Assembly (NCBI GenBank): GCA_002269645.1
Contig: NIVC01002305.1
Coordinates: forward strand, 62,001-126,000
DNA from: Macrostomum lignano
Lineage: Eukaryota
DNA: 64,000 nucleotides
Direction: 5' to 3'
The position numbers and the translations under genes are program-made. How positions within the stretch are numbered: the stretch's first letter is position 1; each line of letters starts with the position of its first letter. The notes under the pieces are model-generated. The model did not search any database, was not told the DNA's origin, and saw only the letters and a program-made list of their open reading frames with translations. Below are positions 26,701-38,600 of the stretch, piece after piece.

Positions 26701-29700
26701 ACGGAGCTGCAGTCTGATGTCGACCTGCTGTACGAAGCCTCCAACTTTCTGTTGGCCCATCAGATTCCGCTGCTAATTCACGAGCTGGCCACCCACTCCA
26801 CCGCCCCAGCTGACGGGCCGGCCCTAGCTCGGGCCTTCCACTCTCACGGCGTCAACCTGCGCTACCTGGGCTTTTTCATCAACCGTTTACAAACCGATCT
26901 GTCCGCCCAGAAGCAGCAGCAGACTCCTAATAGTCCAGCTGAGTCCGCTGCCGAACGGGCCAGCGTCTATCTGTTCCCGTTGGCTATTCAACAGCTGCTG
27001 GTCAGGTCTATTAAACACATCTGGCGCCGCCTAATGGCCGGTGTTGAAGCCACCAATCTGGCTACCGCGGTGTGTCACCTGCTCAATTGTATGTTTAGTC
27101 AGGCTCCTGTGCCGCAGCCGGCCTTGTTCTCCGATGAATTGTCCAGGGTGAGGCGCAAATCTAAGAAGAAGGCCTCCCCGTCTGCTAGTAGTCACGGAAA
27201 TGCCTATCTGTTTGATCAGGTAAAGTACATTAAGTAAAAGTACATGTAAATATACCCTTCTCAGCAAATCTACATTGGTTAATGGTCACCCCAATGTACA
27301 CTGGCTATTGGCCAGCCCTCTCCTCCCCCCTCCCACCCCAATGTACACTGACTATCGGCCTGCTCTCTCCTCCCCCCTCTCACCGCAATGTACACTGACT
27401 ATCGGCCTCTTCTTCCCCCTCTCCCCCAATGTAAACTGACTATCGGACAAGCTTCCTTCATAAAACCACCAATTTTTCTCTGACTGAACCATTTCAGGGC
27501 CTGGCATTCGTTCAACACAACAGCACCAGCTTCTGGGGCTGCATCATTGAGGAGCTCACTAACTACTATCACGTGTCCTCAAACTTTGAATTCGTCAATA
27601 AATCCATTGGCAGCTTGGAAGAATTCGAGACGGCTTGTTCTCGCAGTCTGGCCAGGCTGTACGGACTCAATGCTGACGAGCAGAAGCTGGCCTCTCTATC
27701 CAAGTATTCTCTGCTGCGCTCCGTGTGCGTAACCCTTGGAATTCAGCTGGCTTTGCGCGAGTATTCGTTCGATTCTACCAAGCATTTGACCTTTCGCGAG
27801 GACGACATTGTCTCGCTGTTCCCAGTGGTAAGCGTTTTGTACTGACAGATTAGGCTTTGTTGTTAAATTCAGATACTATAATTTTGGGATTAGTGCAGTC
27901 TTTGTGATGTAACACTGGGCAGATTAACAATTGAATCAGTCTTTGTTAATCCATCTCAAACTGGTAGATTAACAATTGAATCAGTCTTTGTTAATCCATC
28001 TCAAACTGGTAGATTAACAATTTAATCAGTCTTTGTTAATCCATCTCAAACTGGTAGATTAACAATTTAATCAGTCTTAATTAATCTATCTCAAACTGGT
28101 AGATTAACAATTGAATCTGTCTTTGTTAGTCCAACTCACACTGGTCGATTGACAATTAAATCAGTCTGTTAATCCATCTCAAACTGGCAGATTAACAATT
28201 GAATCAGTCTGTTAATCCATCTCAAACTGACAGATTAACAATTGAATCAGTCTTTGTTAGTCCATCTCATTCTGCTCGATTGACAATTAAATCAGTCTGT
28301 TAATCCATCTCAAACTGACAGATTAACAATTGAATCAGTCTGTTAATCCATCTCAAACTGGTAGATTAACAATTAAATCAGTCTGTTAATCCATCTCAAA
28401 CTGACAGATTAACAATTGAATCAGTCTGTTAATCCATCTCAAACTGGTAGATTAACAATTTAATCAGTCTTGGTTAATCCATCTCAAACTGGTAGATTAA
28501 CAATTGAATCAGTCTGTTAATGCATCTTAAACTGGCAGATTAACAATTGAATCAGTCTGTTAATCCATCTCAAACTGGTAGATTAACAATTGAATCAGTC
28601 TGTTAATCCATCTTAAACTGACAGATTAACAATTTAATCAGTCTGTTAATCCATCTCAAACTGACAGATTAACAATTTAATCAGTCTGTTAATCCATCTC
28701 AAACTGACAGATTAACAATTGAATCAGTCTGTTAATCCATCTCAAACTGACAGATTAACAATTGAATCAGTCTGTTAATCCATCTCAAACTGGTAGATTA
28801 ACAATTGAATCAGTCTGTTAATCCATCTCAAACTGGTAGATTAACAATTGAATCAGTCTGTTAATCCATCTCAAACTGGTAGATTAACAATTGAATCAGT
28901 CTGTTAATCCATCTCAAACTGGTAGATTAACAATTTAATCAGTCTGTTAATCCATCTCAAACTGACAGATTAACAATTTAATCAGTCTGTTAATCCATCT
29001 TAAACTGACAGATTAACAATTGAATCAGTCTGTTAATCCATCTCAAACTGACAGATTAACAATTGAATCAGTCTGTTAATCCATCTCAAACTTGCAGATT
29101 AACAATTGAATCAGTCTTTGTTAATCCATCTCAAACTGACAGGTTAACAATCGAATCAGTCTTTGTTAATCCATCTCAAACTGACAGATTAAAAATTGAA
29201 TCAGTCTTTGTTAATCCATCTCAAAGTGACAGATTAACAATTGAATCAGTCTTTGTTAATCCATCTCAAAGTGACAGATTAACAATTGAATCAGTCTTTG
29301 TTAATCCATCTCAAACTGACAGATTAACAATTGAATCTGTTTGTCAATCCATCTCAAACTGGCAGATTAACAATTGAATCAGTCTGTTAATCCATCTCAA
29401 ACTGGCAGATTAACAATTGAATCAGTCTGTTAATCCATCTCAAACTGACAGATTAACAATTGAATCAGTCTGTTAATCCATCTCAAACTGACAGATTAAC
29501 AATTGAATCCGTCTTTGTTAATTCATCCAACCGGTGGATCAATGATTTGTGTTGCTAATACAAATACAGATACCATACAGACACTGGTACATGCATGTGC
29601 AGAAACTAATTAGTAGTCCTTGTCAATCCGACTACTTGTGATGCTAAAAGATCTCTTTGCCATTGCCGCACCATTACCTAAAAGAAGCCGAACCGCATCC

Positions 29701-32235
29701 GCAGGTGAAATGTGTCCATCCCAAAGCCTCAGACGCCTACCAGCTGTTCCACATTGGCCAGCAGAGAATCAGCGCCGGCCAATTAACCGAAGGCCAGGAG
29801 CTCATCTGCGAGAGCTTAAACCTGTTGACCTCGGTGTACGGCCCCGTTCACAGCGACACGGCCAGCTGTCAGCGCCTGCTTGGCCGGCTATCCTACCTAT
29901 TAGGCGACTACGGCATGGCTCTGCAGCAGCAACAGAAAGCCGTCATTATCAGCGAGAAAGTGTTCGGCATCGATTCCGCCCAGGCGGCTGCCGACTACGC
30001 TCACCTGGGCTTGTACGCCTTCGCCCTTGGCCAGTTTGACAATGCGCTGGCTTTGATGTATCGCTGCCGCTACCTGTCAGTACTGTGCCACGGCGAGCTG
30101 CACCCGGAGACGCCAACTATCGATTCTAATATCGGCCTGATGCTGCACGCTGTGGAAGATTTAGATCGCTCGTTGCAGTATCTAACTAGCGCCCTGCGTA
30201 TTAATACTCTTTTATACGGTCCGAGGAGTCTGAAATCGGCGCTTAGTCATCATCTGATTGCTCGCACGCACAGCTGCAAAGCCGATTTCAGGGCCGCTCT
30301 GCAGGCCGAGAAGGTTAGATCGATTGATAATTTTTTTGAGTAGAGGGGAAGATAGGCAATAGGGAAGTGGGGAAGATAGAGAATCAGTGGTGGGGAAGAT
30401 AGAGGATCAGAGAAGTGGGGAAGATAGAGGATCACAGAAGTGGGGAAGATAGAGGATCAGAGCAGTGGGGAAGATAGAGGATCAGAGCAGTGGGGAAGAT
30501 AGAGGATCACAGAAGTGGGGAAGATAGAGGATCAGAGCAGTGGGGAAGATAGAGGATCAGAGCAGTGGGGAAGATAGAGGATCACAGAAGTGGGGAAGAT
30601 AGAGGATCAGAGCAGTGGGGAAGATAGAGGATCAGAGCAGTGGGGAAGATAGAGGATCAGAGCAGTGGGGATGATAGAGGATCACAGAAGTGGGGAAGAT
30701 AGAGGATCAGAGAAGTGGGGATGATAGAGGATCAGAGCAGTGGGGATGATAGAGGATCAGAGCAGTGGGGAAGATAGAGGATCAGAGTGGTGGGGAAGAT
30801 AGAGGATCACAGAAGTGGGGAAGATAGAGGATCAGAGCAGTGGGGAAGATAGAGGATCACAGAAGTGGGGATGATAGAGGATCAGAGCAGTGGGGAAGAT
30901 AGACGATCAGAGTGGTGGGGAAGATAGAGGATCACAGAAGTGGGGAAGATAGAGGATCAGAGCAGTGGGGAAGATAGAGGATCAGAGCAGTGGGGAAGAT
31001 AGAGGATCAGAGAAGTGGGGAAGATAGAGGATCAGAGCAGTGGGGAAGATAGAGGATCAGAGAAGTGGGGAAGATAGACGATCAGAGAAGTGGGGAAGAT
31101 AGAGGATCAGAGAAGTGGGGAAGATAGAGGATCACAGAAGTGGGGAAGATAGAGGATCACAGAAGTGGGGAAGATAGAGGATCAGAGCAGTGGGGAAGAT
31201 AGAGGATCAGAGCAGTGGGGAAGATAGAGGATCAGAGAAGTGGGGAAGATAGAGGATCAGAGCAGTGGGGAAGATAGAGGATCAGAGAAGTGGGGAAGAT
31301 AGACGATCAGAGAAGTGGGGAAGATAGAGGATCAGAGAAGTGGGGAAGATAGAGGATCACAGAAGTGGGGAAGATAGAGGATCAGAGCAGTGGGGAAGAT
31401 AGAGGATCAGAGAAGTGGGGAAGATAGACGATCAGAGAAGTGGGGAAGATAGAGGATCAGAGAAGTGGGGAAGATAGAGGATCAGAGCAGTGGGGATGAT
31501 AGACGATCAGAGAAGTGGGGAAGATAGAGGATCACAGAAGTGGGGAAGATAGAGGATCACAGAAGTGGGGAAGATAGAGGATCAGAGAAGTGGGGAAGAT
31601 AGAGGATCAGAGAAGTGGGAGAAAATAGAATCAAAACAGAAACGACAATGTAGGGGAGAGAAGGGAAGATAGGGTATCAGATGCAAAGATTCATGTAAAA
31701 AAACAGCATATATCAGTGAGTGTTTCTTATGCCTTAGAGACTATTAGTATTATCTGTGTGCATACGTTGCAAAAGCGCTGTCGCCCCCCTCCAAACACCC
31801 GCTGAGCAGGAGTGCTACACAATCTATCGCGAGCGCCTTGGCGAGGAGAACGAGCGCACCAAAGAATCGTTCGACTGCATCACCCACCTGACCCGGCAGG
31901 CTGTCGTGTTTGAGAAGCGCGTCCGCGATTTGCAAGCCGGCAAAAAGGCCGGCGGCCTCTGCCCGTTGCAGATCCAGACGCCAAATCTGAGCAATTTATT
32001 GGAGACTCTTAACCTAGTTAATGGCATATTCTTCATCCAGTTGAGCTCGTGCGATCTGGAAAAAATCCGCGCCCACTTGGCCTCCATCGCCGATTTGCAG
32101 CAGCCCGAAGGTCAGGCGGCTGTGACTGCCGCTGCTGACGATTCGTCTGCCACCGCTGCCGCCGCCTCCGCCGCTGCCGTTGAAGGTGAAGGTGAAGACA
32201 ATTCAGCGGCTCTTAAACAGGAGGTTCTGGACTGA
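20735..32235 (+). CDS. CLUH: Clustered mitochondria protein / clueless (CLU domain + TPR), 9 coding exons, ~1358 aa after correcting two -1 frameshifts in exon 1
   Basis: Exons 20735-21204, 22030-22553, 22922-23234, 24594-25086, 25895-26251, 26667-27219, 27498-27827, 29705-30313, 31810-32235; all GT-AG and phase-compatible. Motifs [70 protein letters not shown] and C-terminal TPRs. Confidence 0.93.
21545..21975. repeat. 32-bp minisatellite, CLUH intron 1
   Basis: Unit cagccacataatagctcatagcctaatagtca; starts at 21608, 21640, 21672. Confidence 0.9.
22620..22845. repeat. 22-23-bp minisatellite, CLUH intron 2
   Basis: Unit aacagccctgaagatttcccctg. Confidence 0.9.
23440..23912. repeat. 35-bp minisatellite, CLUH intron 3
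   Basis: Unit gtacctgagtctatgggaatatgggatttttattt. Confidence 0.92.
25125..25806. repeat. 25-bp minisatellite, CLUH intron 4
   Basis: Unit caggtgtaagagtgcccttctcccc, ~27 copies. Confidence 0.95.
26370..26585. repeat. Degenerate 33-34-bp minisatellite, CLUH intron 5
   Basis: aatgtacacaggctct...ctacccc at ~26377, 26410, 26444, 26478, 26512. Confidence 0.8.
27285..27445. repeat. Degenerate ~42-48-bp repeat, CLUH intron 6
   Basis: Four copies of (ccc)aatgtacactgactatcggcc followed by C-rich tracts. Confidence 0.7.
27915..29522. repeat. 43/45-bp minisatellite, CLUH intron 7
   Basis: Unit aatccatctcaaactggtagattaacaattgaatcagtctgtt, ~37 copies. Confidence 0.95.
30345..31625. repeat. 25-bp purine-rich minisatellite, CLUH intron 8
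   Basis: Unit aagatagaggatcagagcagtgggg, ~50 copies. Confidence 0.95.
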
Positions 32236-34941
32236 TTTCAAAATCAGCCCTCCTGGCCTGTCTGTTTCGGCTGGACTTTTTTCGTAGCAAATTTATTGTA
32301 TTAGAACTCCATACCAGTTTGCTAGAGGTTTAGTTTTGTTAATATAGTATGCTTGTCTATAGTAATAGAATGACACGAACTTTGCTCAAACCGTGTCTCT
32401 AGCTTGTTTTTGCGGAAATTTAGCCCAGTGCTGCACACTTTTTTGCCACACCTTAGCGAGGTAAAATAATTCTATTTTTTCCTTTATTACCAACCTACAT
32501 TTACTATTCATAGTAGTTTTTTGTCTGCCTTAAAGAAGCAAACACTTGCCGTTAAATTAGTTACTTTTAGTTTCTCGGCTACCGGGATCCTGTGCCCCAG
32601 GTGTAGCCAGAAATATGATCGCTAGTTTCCTGTACACCTTGAACTTTGAAATATTTCAATTTCTACCTATCTTTCATTATTTAATAAGCTCTTTCCCATA
32701 TAATAGTTTGGCCTAGTAACTATTTTGTAGTGAGAATTCATTTTGCCCCATCAGCTTTCAGCCAATCGAATACTTGTTCGTTGTTGTTTAGCTTCAATCA
32801 GTATCTCTAATAATAATAAATCATTTTAGTTGAAATCTATCCAGCCTTAGGAAGACATTTTATTATTCATGCATCAGTTACATATTTTGGCTATCTCGCT
32901 AAAACTGCAATATAAGATGTATATCTACGTATATACATTTGCATTGTCAACTTTAGATTTAGAAAAAATATTAATAATCAACCACTTTATTTTCTTACAT
33001 AAAAATTTGCGCATATTCTTCTATTTACAATGTCTCTCTTCTTCAAACTTATAAGAACTGGGAAAAATAATCCAAAGACTCGAATTGGCTTATTTTTTAT
33101 TGTTTCTTCTGTTTTTTATTAAATTGTTCTCAATACAATCAAATTTTTGCAGTTAGACAGGATTAGCCGTATAAATAATCAACATCATTTGAATATTTTC
33201 TTAATGCCAATTGCCTACCAAAGTTTCATACTGGCGAATTATTTTCGTCTTTCTCTTTATTTTGGTTAATTTTCACAATTAGCCCAGGTGTCTGTCACAT
33301 ATTCATATCAAACAGCATATTTTATTTTTCCCAGACTAACTTAATCCATCGTCTTGACTTTTTCTGTTTTCCTAAAAGTCGACCATCTTTTTGAGCAAAA
33401 GAAAGATGACAAAGTTTCAACAAAAAAATCGAAAAATACTATTAAAAACTATGGTACGGATATATTAGTACTTGTAGCGTACACCTGTTCTGCAACATGC
33501 TGCCCTGTAATTTTCTAATATTACTTACATAATTGGTATGCATTTTTGCTTATTATCATAATTGAATTGACCCATAATCCTGAGCCGACACCTACATCTT
33601 GCTGTCAGCTGATGCCCATTTTACATGTCTCCCTGGTGGTTTCGCTTGAAGACCGAACTCTCAAGTGCTTGAGCAGTAGTTATAGACTATTGAACCATCT
33701 TTTAACTAGGCCAATAAGAAGGCTAACTTCAGTTTTTGTTTGTTTGTTTTTTCATTCATTTCTCCCTGTCATCTTTTTGCGCGAATTTAATTTTTTTCTC
33801 TTTTGAATAACTCCAACTCGATCTGTGTTGTAGGTAGCGACTTTATTAGAATAATAAAAAGTAGTGTACATTACATAATAAGGAGTTCGTTACTATGAGT
33901 AGGATAGTACAAAAGTTATTTAATGTGTTGTTAAATTATTTTATTTGTCGCTCTACCCTTAGCTCTACGCGAATTGATCAATTTATTGCATCTGTTTATA
34001 AGACAATAATTTTCGATTGAATTAATTAGCACACTCACGCACTCTTATAGTTATAGTACAGTCTCCGACTCACTTGCTCACGTTGCTCACTCCATCGTAT
34101 TTACACCTTTATAATGTCTACAGTATGGCCGCCTTTGAAACGTATTTTTTAGCAACTGGCAAAGCCACACATCGTCCTTAATAGCGCAACTACTACTGAC
34201 ACCAATTAGTAGTATGTCTAGACACTTTCAGCATTATTTGTCATGGCGTGTTAAAATAATAAGAAAGCAGAACTCCAGCGCAGAGATAAACAGGTGTGAT
34301 TAGATTGGATCAACTTTGATCAATTCATGATGAATGGTATATATTTGCTTTTGTGTTCGTGCTAATCCAATTATTTACGGTAATCTGGTCTGGTCAAGTA
34401 CAGGTAAAATCAGATTTGCACAATGGAATAATCAAAATGCCGCACGTTGATTGTCATTCGCAAATTATCTCGGAGTTGGATCATTAAAATGAATCGGCTA
34501 ATTTTGGCAATTCATTGTACTCTTATATATCGAATCTTGCACATATTGCCGCAAAAAAGGAAGCAAGAAGAAAAGGCACTTGCGGAAGCAAAAAAGCAGA
34601 AAAAAGAACACGAAAGAAAAAATCAATTCCGCCATTCTTGTTAAATGGTCTCTGTAAATACTTGCAAGGCAGAGGAAATACTGCATAAATGGAAGATTGA
34701 ATTTAAAAAATCTAAAAGAATACAATTTTTGATAGAGATTTGCTGAAAATATAGCTCGCATAAATTCTGGAAAAAAAAACAAAAAGTTCATAGAATTCTC
34801 ATAACATGGGAAGTATAATTCTTGATATTGGATCACAAAGAAGTTCTGCTTTAATAAAATCAACAAATTTGGTCTACATGAGCAACATAGGAACACAACA
34901 ATATATTCTACAGCTTGATCAAGGCTGATTGACAGATAGTC

Positions 34942-35533
34942 AGTGGGGCTGTTCGAGAGCTTTAGTGTATATTGGGGCAGAGAGAGTGGGGCTGTTCGAG
35001 AGCTGTAGTGTACATTGGGGCAGATAGAGTGGGGCTGTTCGAGAGCTGTAGTGTACATTGGGGCAGAGAGTGGGTCTGGTCGAAAGCTGTAGTGTACATT
35101 GGGGCAGAGAGAGTGGGGCTGGTCGAAAGCTAGTGTACATGGGGCAGAGAGAGTGGGGCTGGTCGAAAGCTAGTGTACATGGGGCAGAGAGAGTGGGGCT
35201 GGTCGAGAGCTAGTGTACATTGGCAGAGAGAGTGGGGCTGGTCGAGAGATAGTGTACATGGACAGAGAGAGTGGGGCTGGTCGAGAGCTAGTGTACATGG
35301 GCAGAGAGAGTGGGGCTGGTCGAGAGCTAGTGTACATGGACAGAGAGAGTGGGGCTGGTCGAGAGCTAGTGTACATGGGCAGAGAGAGTGGGGCTGGTCG
35401 AGAGCTAGTGTACATGGGCAGAGAGAGTGGGGCTGGTCGAGAGCTAGTGTACATGGGCAGAGACAGTGGGGCTGGTCGAGAGCTAGTGTACATGGGCAGA
35501 GACAGTGGGGCTGGTCGAGAGCTAGTGTACATG
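34942..35533. repeat. 39-bp minisatellite downstream of (or in a last intron of) the kinase gene
   Basis: Unit gggcagagagagtggggctggtcgagagctagtgtacat. Confidence 0.93.
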
Positions 35534-35635
35534 GAAGAAAGTGACGGAAATATAAAAAATTAACAAGTGACCTTAAAGGAGGATCAAGTAGTTGACAGTA
35601 AGAACTTCGTGTGAGTTGCTTAATTCTAGTAAAAA

Positions 35636-38600
35636 TTAGTAAGCTGCAGTTGAACTCACAGCCGGGCTCGTTGATGAAGCTAACTTAAAAAGTTTATCGA
35701 TTTGATCGAACAGCTGACCAGCCGAGGGTCTGTCCGAGCTCCAGCAGCGGTTGCGCAATTCCTGCCTGAAATATATTTCAGATTAGTATTTACGCTGGTA
35801 AGTTATTTGAGACGATTCTCCATGTATTAAGGATTTGAGTATCAATGTGCTTAGAGGCGTGTTTATGAAGATGATTGAAGGCGATTATCAAAGTAACTAG
35901 GGGTGCATGGTTATGATTATTAACGTAATTAGATGTCATTAAATGTGATTGGCAATGTTATTTGGGTTGATTACTTCAACCGAGGTAGTTATCAAAGTAA
36001 TTATAGATGATGATCAAGGCAATTACTAAAGTGATTAGAGGAAATTGTTGATAGAAAATTACATTACCATCAGGAGCCACCGGGGGGGGGGGCAGGGGGG
36101 ACATGCCAATGCTTTTTCTCCTCCACCCCACCTTGTGACCCGTTGTGGTATCAAAATTATTTCTTCAGGCGCCAAAATATAGCGCCGCCGTCGGCGCTAA
36201 AATGAGTGCCTGCGGCTCCAAAATGAGTGCCTGCGGCGCTAAATGAGTGCCTGCGGCGCTAAAATGAGTGCCTGCGGCGCTAAATGAGTGCCTGCGGCGC
36301 TAAATGAGTGTATGCGGCGCTAAAATGAGTGTATGCGGCGCTAAATGAGTGCCTGCGGCGCTAAAATGAGTGCCTGCGGCGCTAAATGAGTGTATGCGGC
36401 GCTAAAATGAGTGTATGCGGCGCTAAAATGAGTGCCTGCGCCGCTAAAATGAGTGCCTGCGCCGCTAAAATGAGTGTCTGCGGCGCTAAATGAGTGCCTG
36501 CGCCGCTAAAATGAGTGCCTGCGCCGCTAAAATGAGTGTCTGCGGCGCTAAATGAGTGCCTGCGCCGCTAAAATGAATGCCTGCAGCGCCAAAATAAGCG
36601 CTGACAACACCGATTCTCAAATACTGGCATGTAGGAATTTAGTCATGTACGTGTTAAATTCTCGGCTTTGTCCCCCCACCATAAAATCCATGGCGACGCC
36701 CCTTATTACTATTAGAACAAAAACTTTCACACGCACAACAGTCACTTACAGCTGCCACAGCTGACTAGTTGACTTGTACTGACAGGCAAACTTTTCCGAA
36801 TCTGCGGTCAGTGCGCTAACAAGAAACGACTGGAGCTCGGCGGCAGATTTAGAAGCTGTTAAGCTGGTTAAATGATTCACCAACTGTTCGTCTGTGTAGC
36901 CTGACAGCGGCTGGCTGGCCATGGTGAACACTTCAAGGAGTACTACGCCCATGGACCTTTGTGGATGGCGGGTGAACGGCGGTTACAATGCGATTCTGTG
37001 CAATGAGAGGGCGATTCTGTGTAATTTGAGGGCGATTCTCTGTGGAATTAGAGAGCGATTCTCTGTGTAATGAGAGGGCGATTTTAGACGACAGCAAGAG
37101 CGAATTTTCAGACGACTCTTTAGGCTCCTATTGTAATGTAATGTAAGTATTGCACTCACTCACCACACATTAGTCTCGAGTGAGTGATCTTTAACTTTTA
37201 GACTGCCGTTGGACTCCTCTGTGTTGAAATTGAAATTCTCTGGAGCCAGCCAGCGCAACGGAATCAGCTGACCTTCCAGCAATACGTAATCATCCTGAGT
37301 GCGGATGGAAACTTTGCATTATTTTGTAGCCTTCAATCAATTACAGGTGGGAGATGGGACTGATGGACAGGTGGGAGATGGAACTGATGGACAGGTGGGA
37401 GATGGGACTGATGGACAGGTGGGAGATGGAACTGATGGACAGGTGGGAGATGGGACTGATGGACAGGTGGGAGATGGGACTGATGGACAGGTGGGAGATG
37501 GGACTGATGGACAGGTGGGAGATGGGACTGATGGACAGGTGGGAGATGGGACTGATGGATAGGTGGGAGATGGGACTGATGGACAGGTGGGAGATGGAAC
37601 TGATGGACAGGTGGGAGATGGGACTGATGGACAGGTGGGAGATGGAACTGATGGACAGGTGGGAGATGGGACTGATGGACAGGTGGGAGATGGGACTGAT
37701 GGACAGGTGGGAGATGGAACTGATGGACAGGTGGGAGATGGGACTGATGGACAGGTGGGAGATGGGACTGATGGAGAGGTGGGAGATGGAACAGATAGAC
37801 AGGTAGGAGATGGAACTGATGGACAGGTGGGAGATGGGACTGATGGACAGGTGGGAGATGGAACAGATAGACAGGTAGGAGATGGAACTGATGGACAGGT
37901 AGGAGACGAAACTGATAGACAGGTAGGATATGGAACTGATGGACAGGTGGGAGATGGAACTGATAGACAGGTAGGAGATGGAACAGATAGACAGGTGGGA
38001 GATGGGACTGATGGACAGGTGGGAGATGGGACAGATAGACAGGTGGGAGATGGAACAGATAGACAGGTGGGAGATGGGACTGATGGACAGGTGGGAGATG
38101 AAACTGATGGACAGGTGGGAGATGGAACTGATGGACAGGTGGGAGATGGAACTGATAGACAGGTGGGAGATGGAACAGATAGACAGGTAGGAGATGGAAC
38201 TGATGGACAGGTAGGAGACGAAACTGATAGACAGGTAGGATATGGAACTGATGGACAGGTGGGAGATGGAACTGATAGACAGGTAGGATATGGAACTGAT
38301 GGACAGGTGGGAGATGGAACTGATAGACAGGTAGGATATGGAACTGATGGACAGGTAGGAGATGGAACTGATAGACAGGTAGGATATGGAACTGATGGAC
38401 AGGTAGGAGATGGAACTGATAGACAGGTAGGATATGGAACTGATGGACAGGTAGGAGATGGAACTGATAGACAGGTAGGATATGGAACTGATGGACAGGT
38501 AGGAGATGGAACTGATAGACAGGTAGGATATGGAACTGATGGACAGGTAGGAGATGGAACAGATAGACAGGTAGGATATGGAACTGATGGACAGGTAGGA

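Noticed and set aside
34447-35058. Hydrophobic 186-aa minus-strand ORF and Lys/Glu-rich plus-strand ORF
   Set aside because: Composition is explained by AT-rich sequence and the adjacent array; no family motif recognised.
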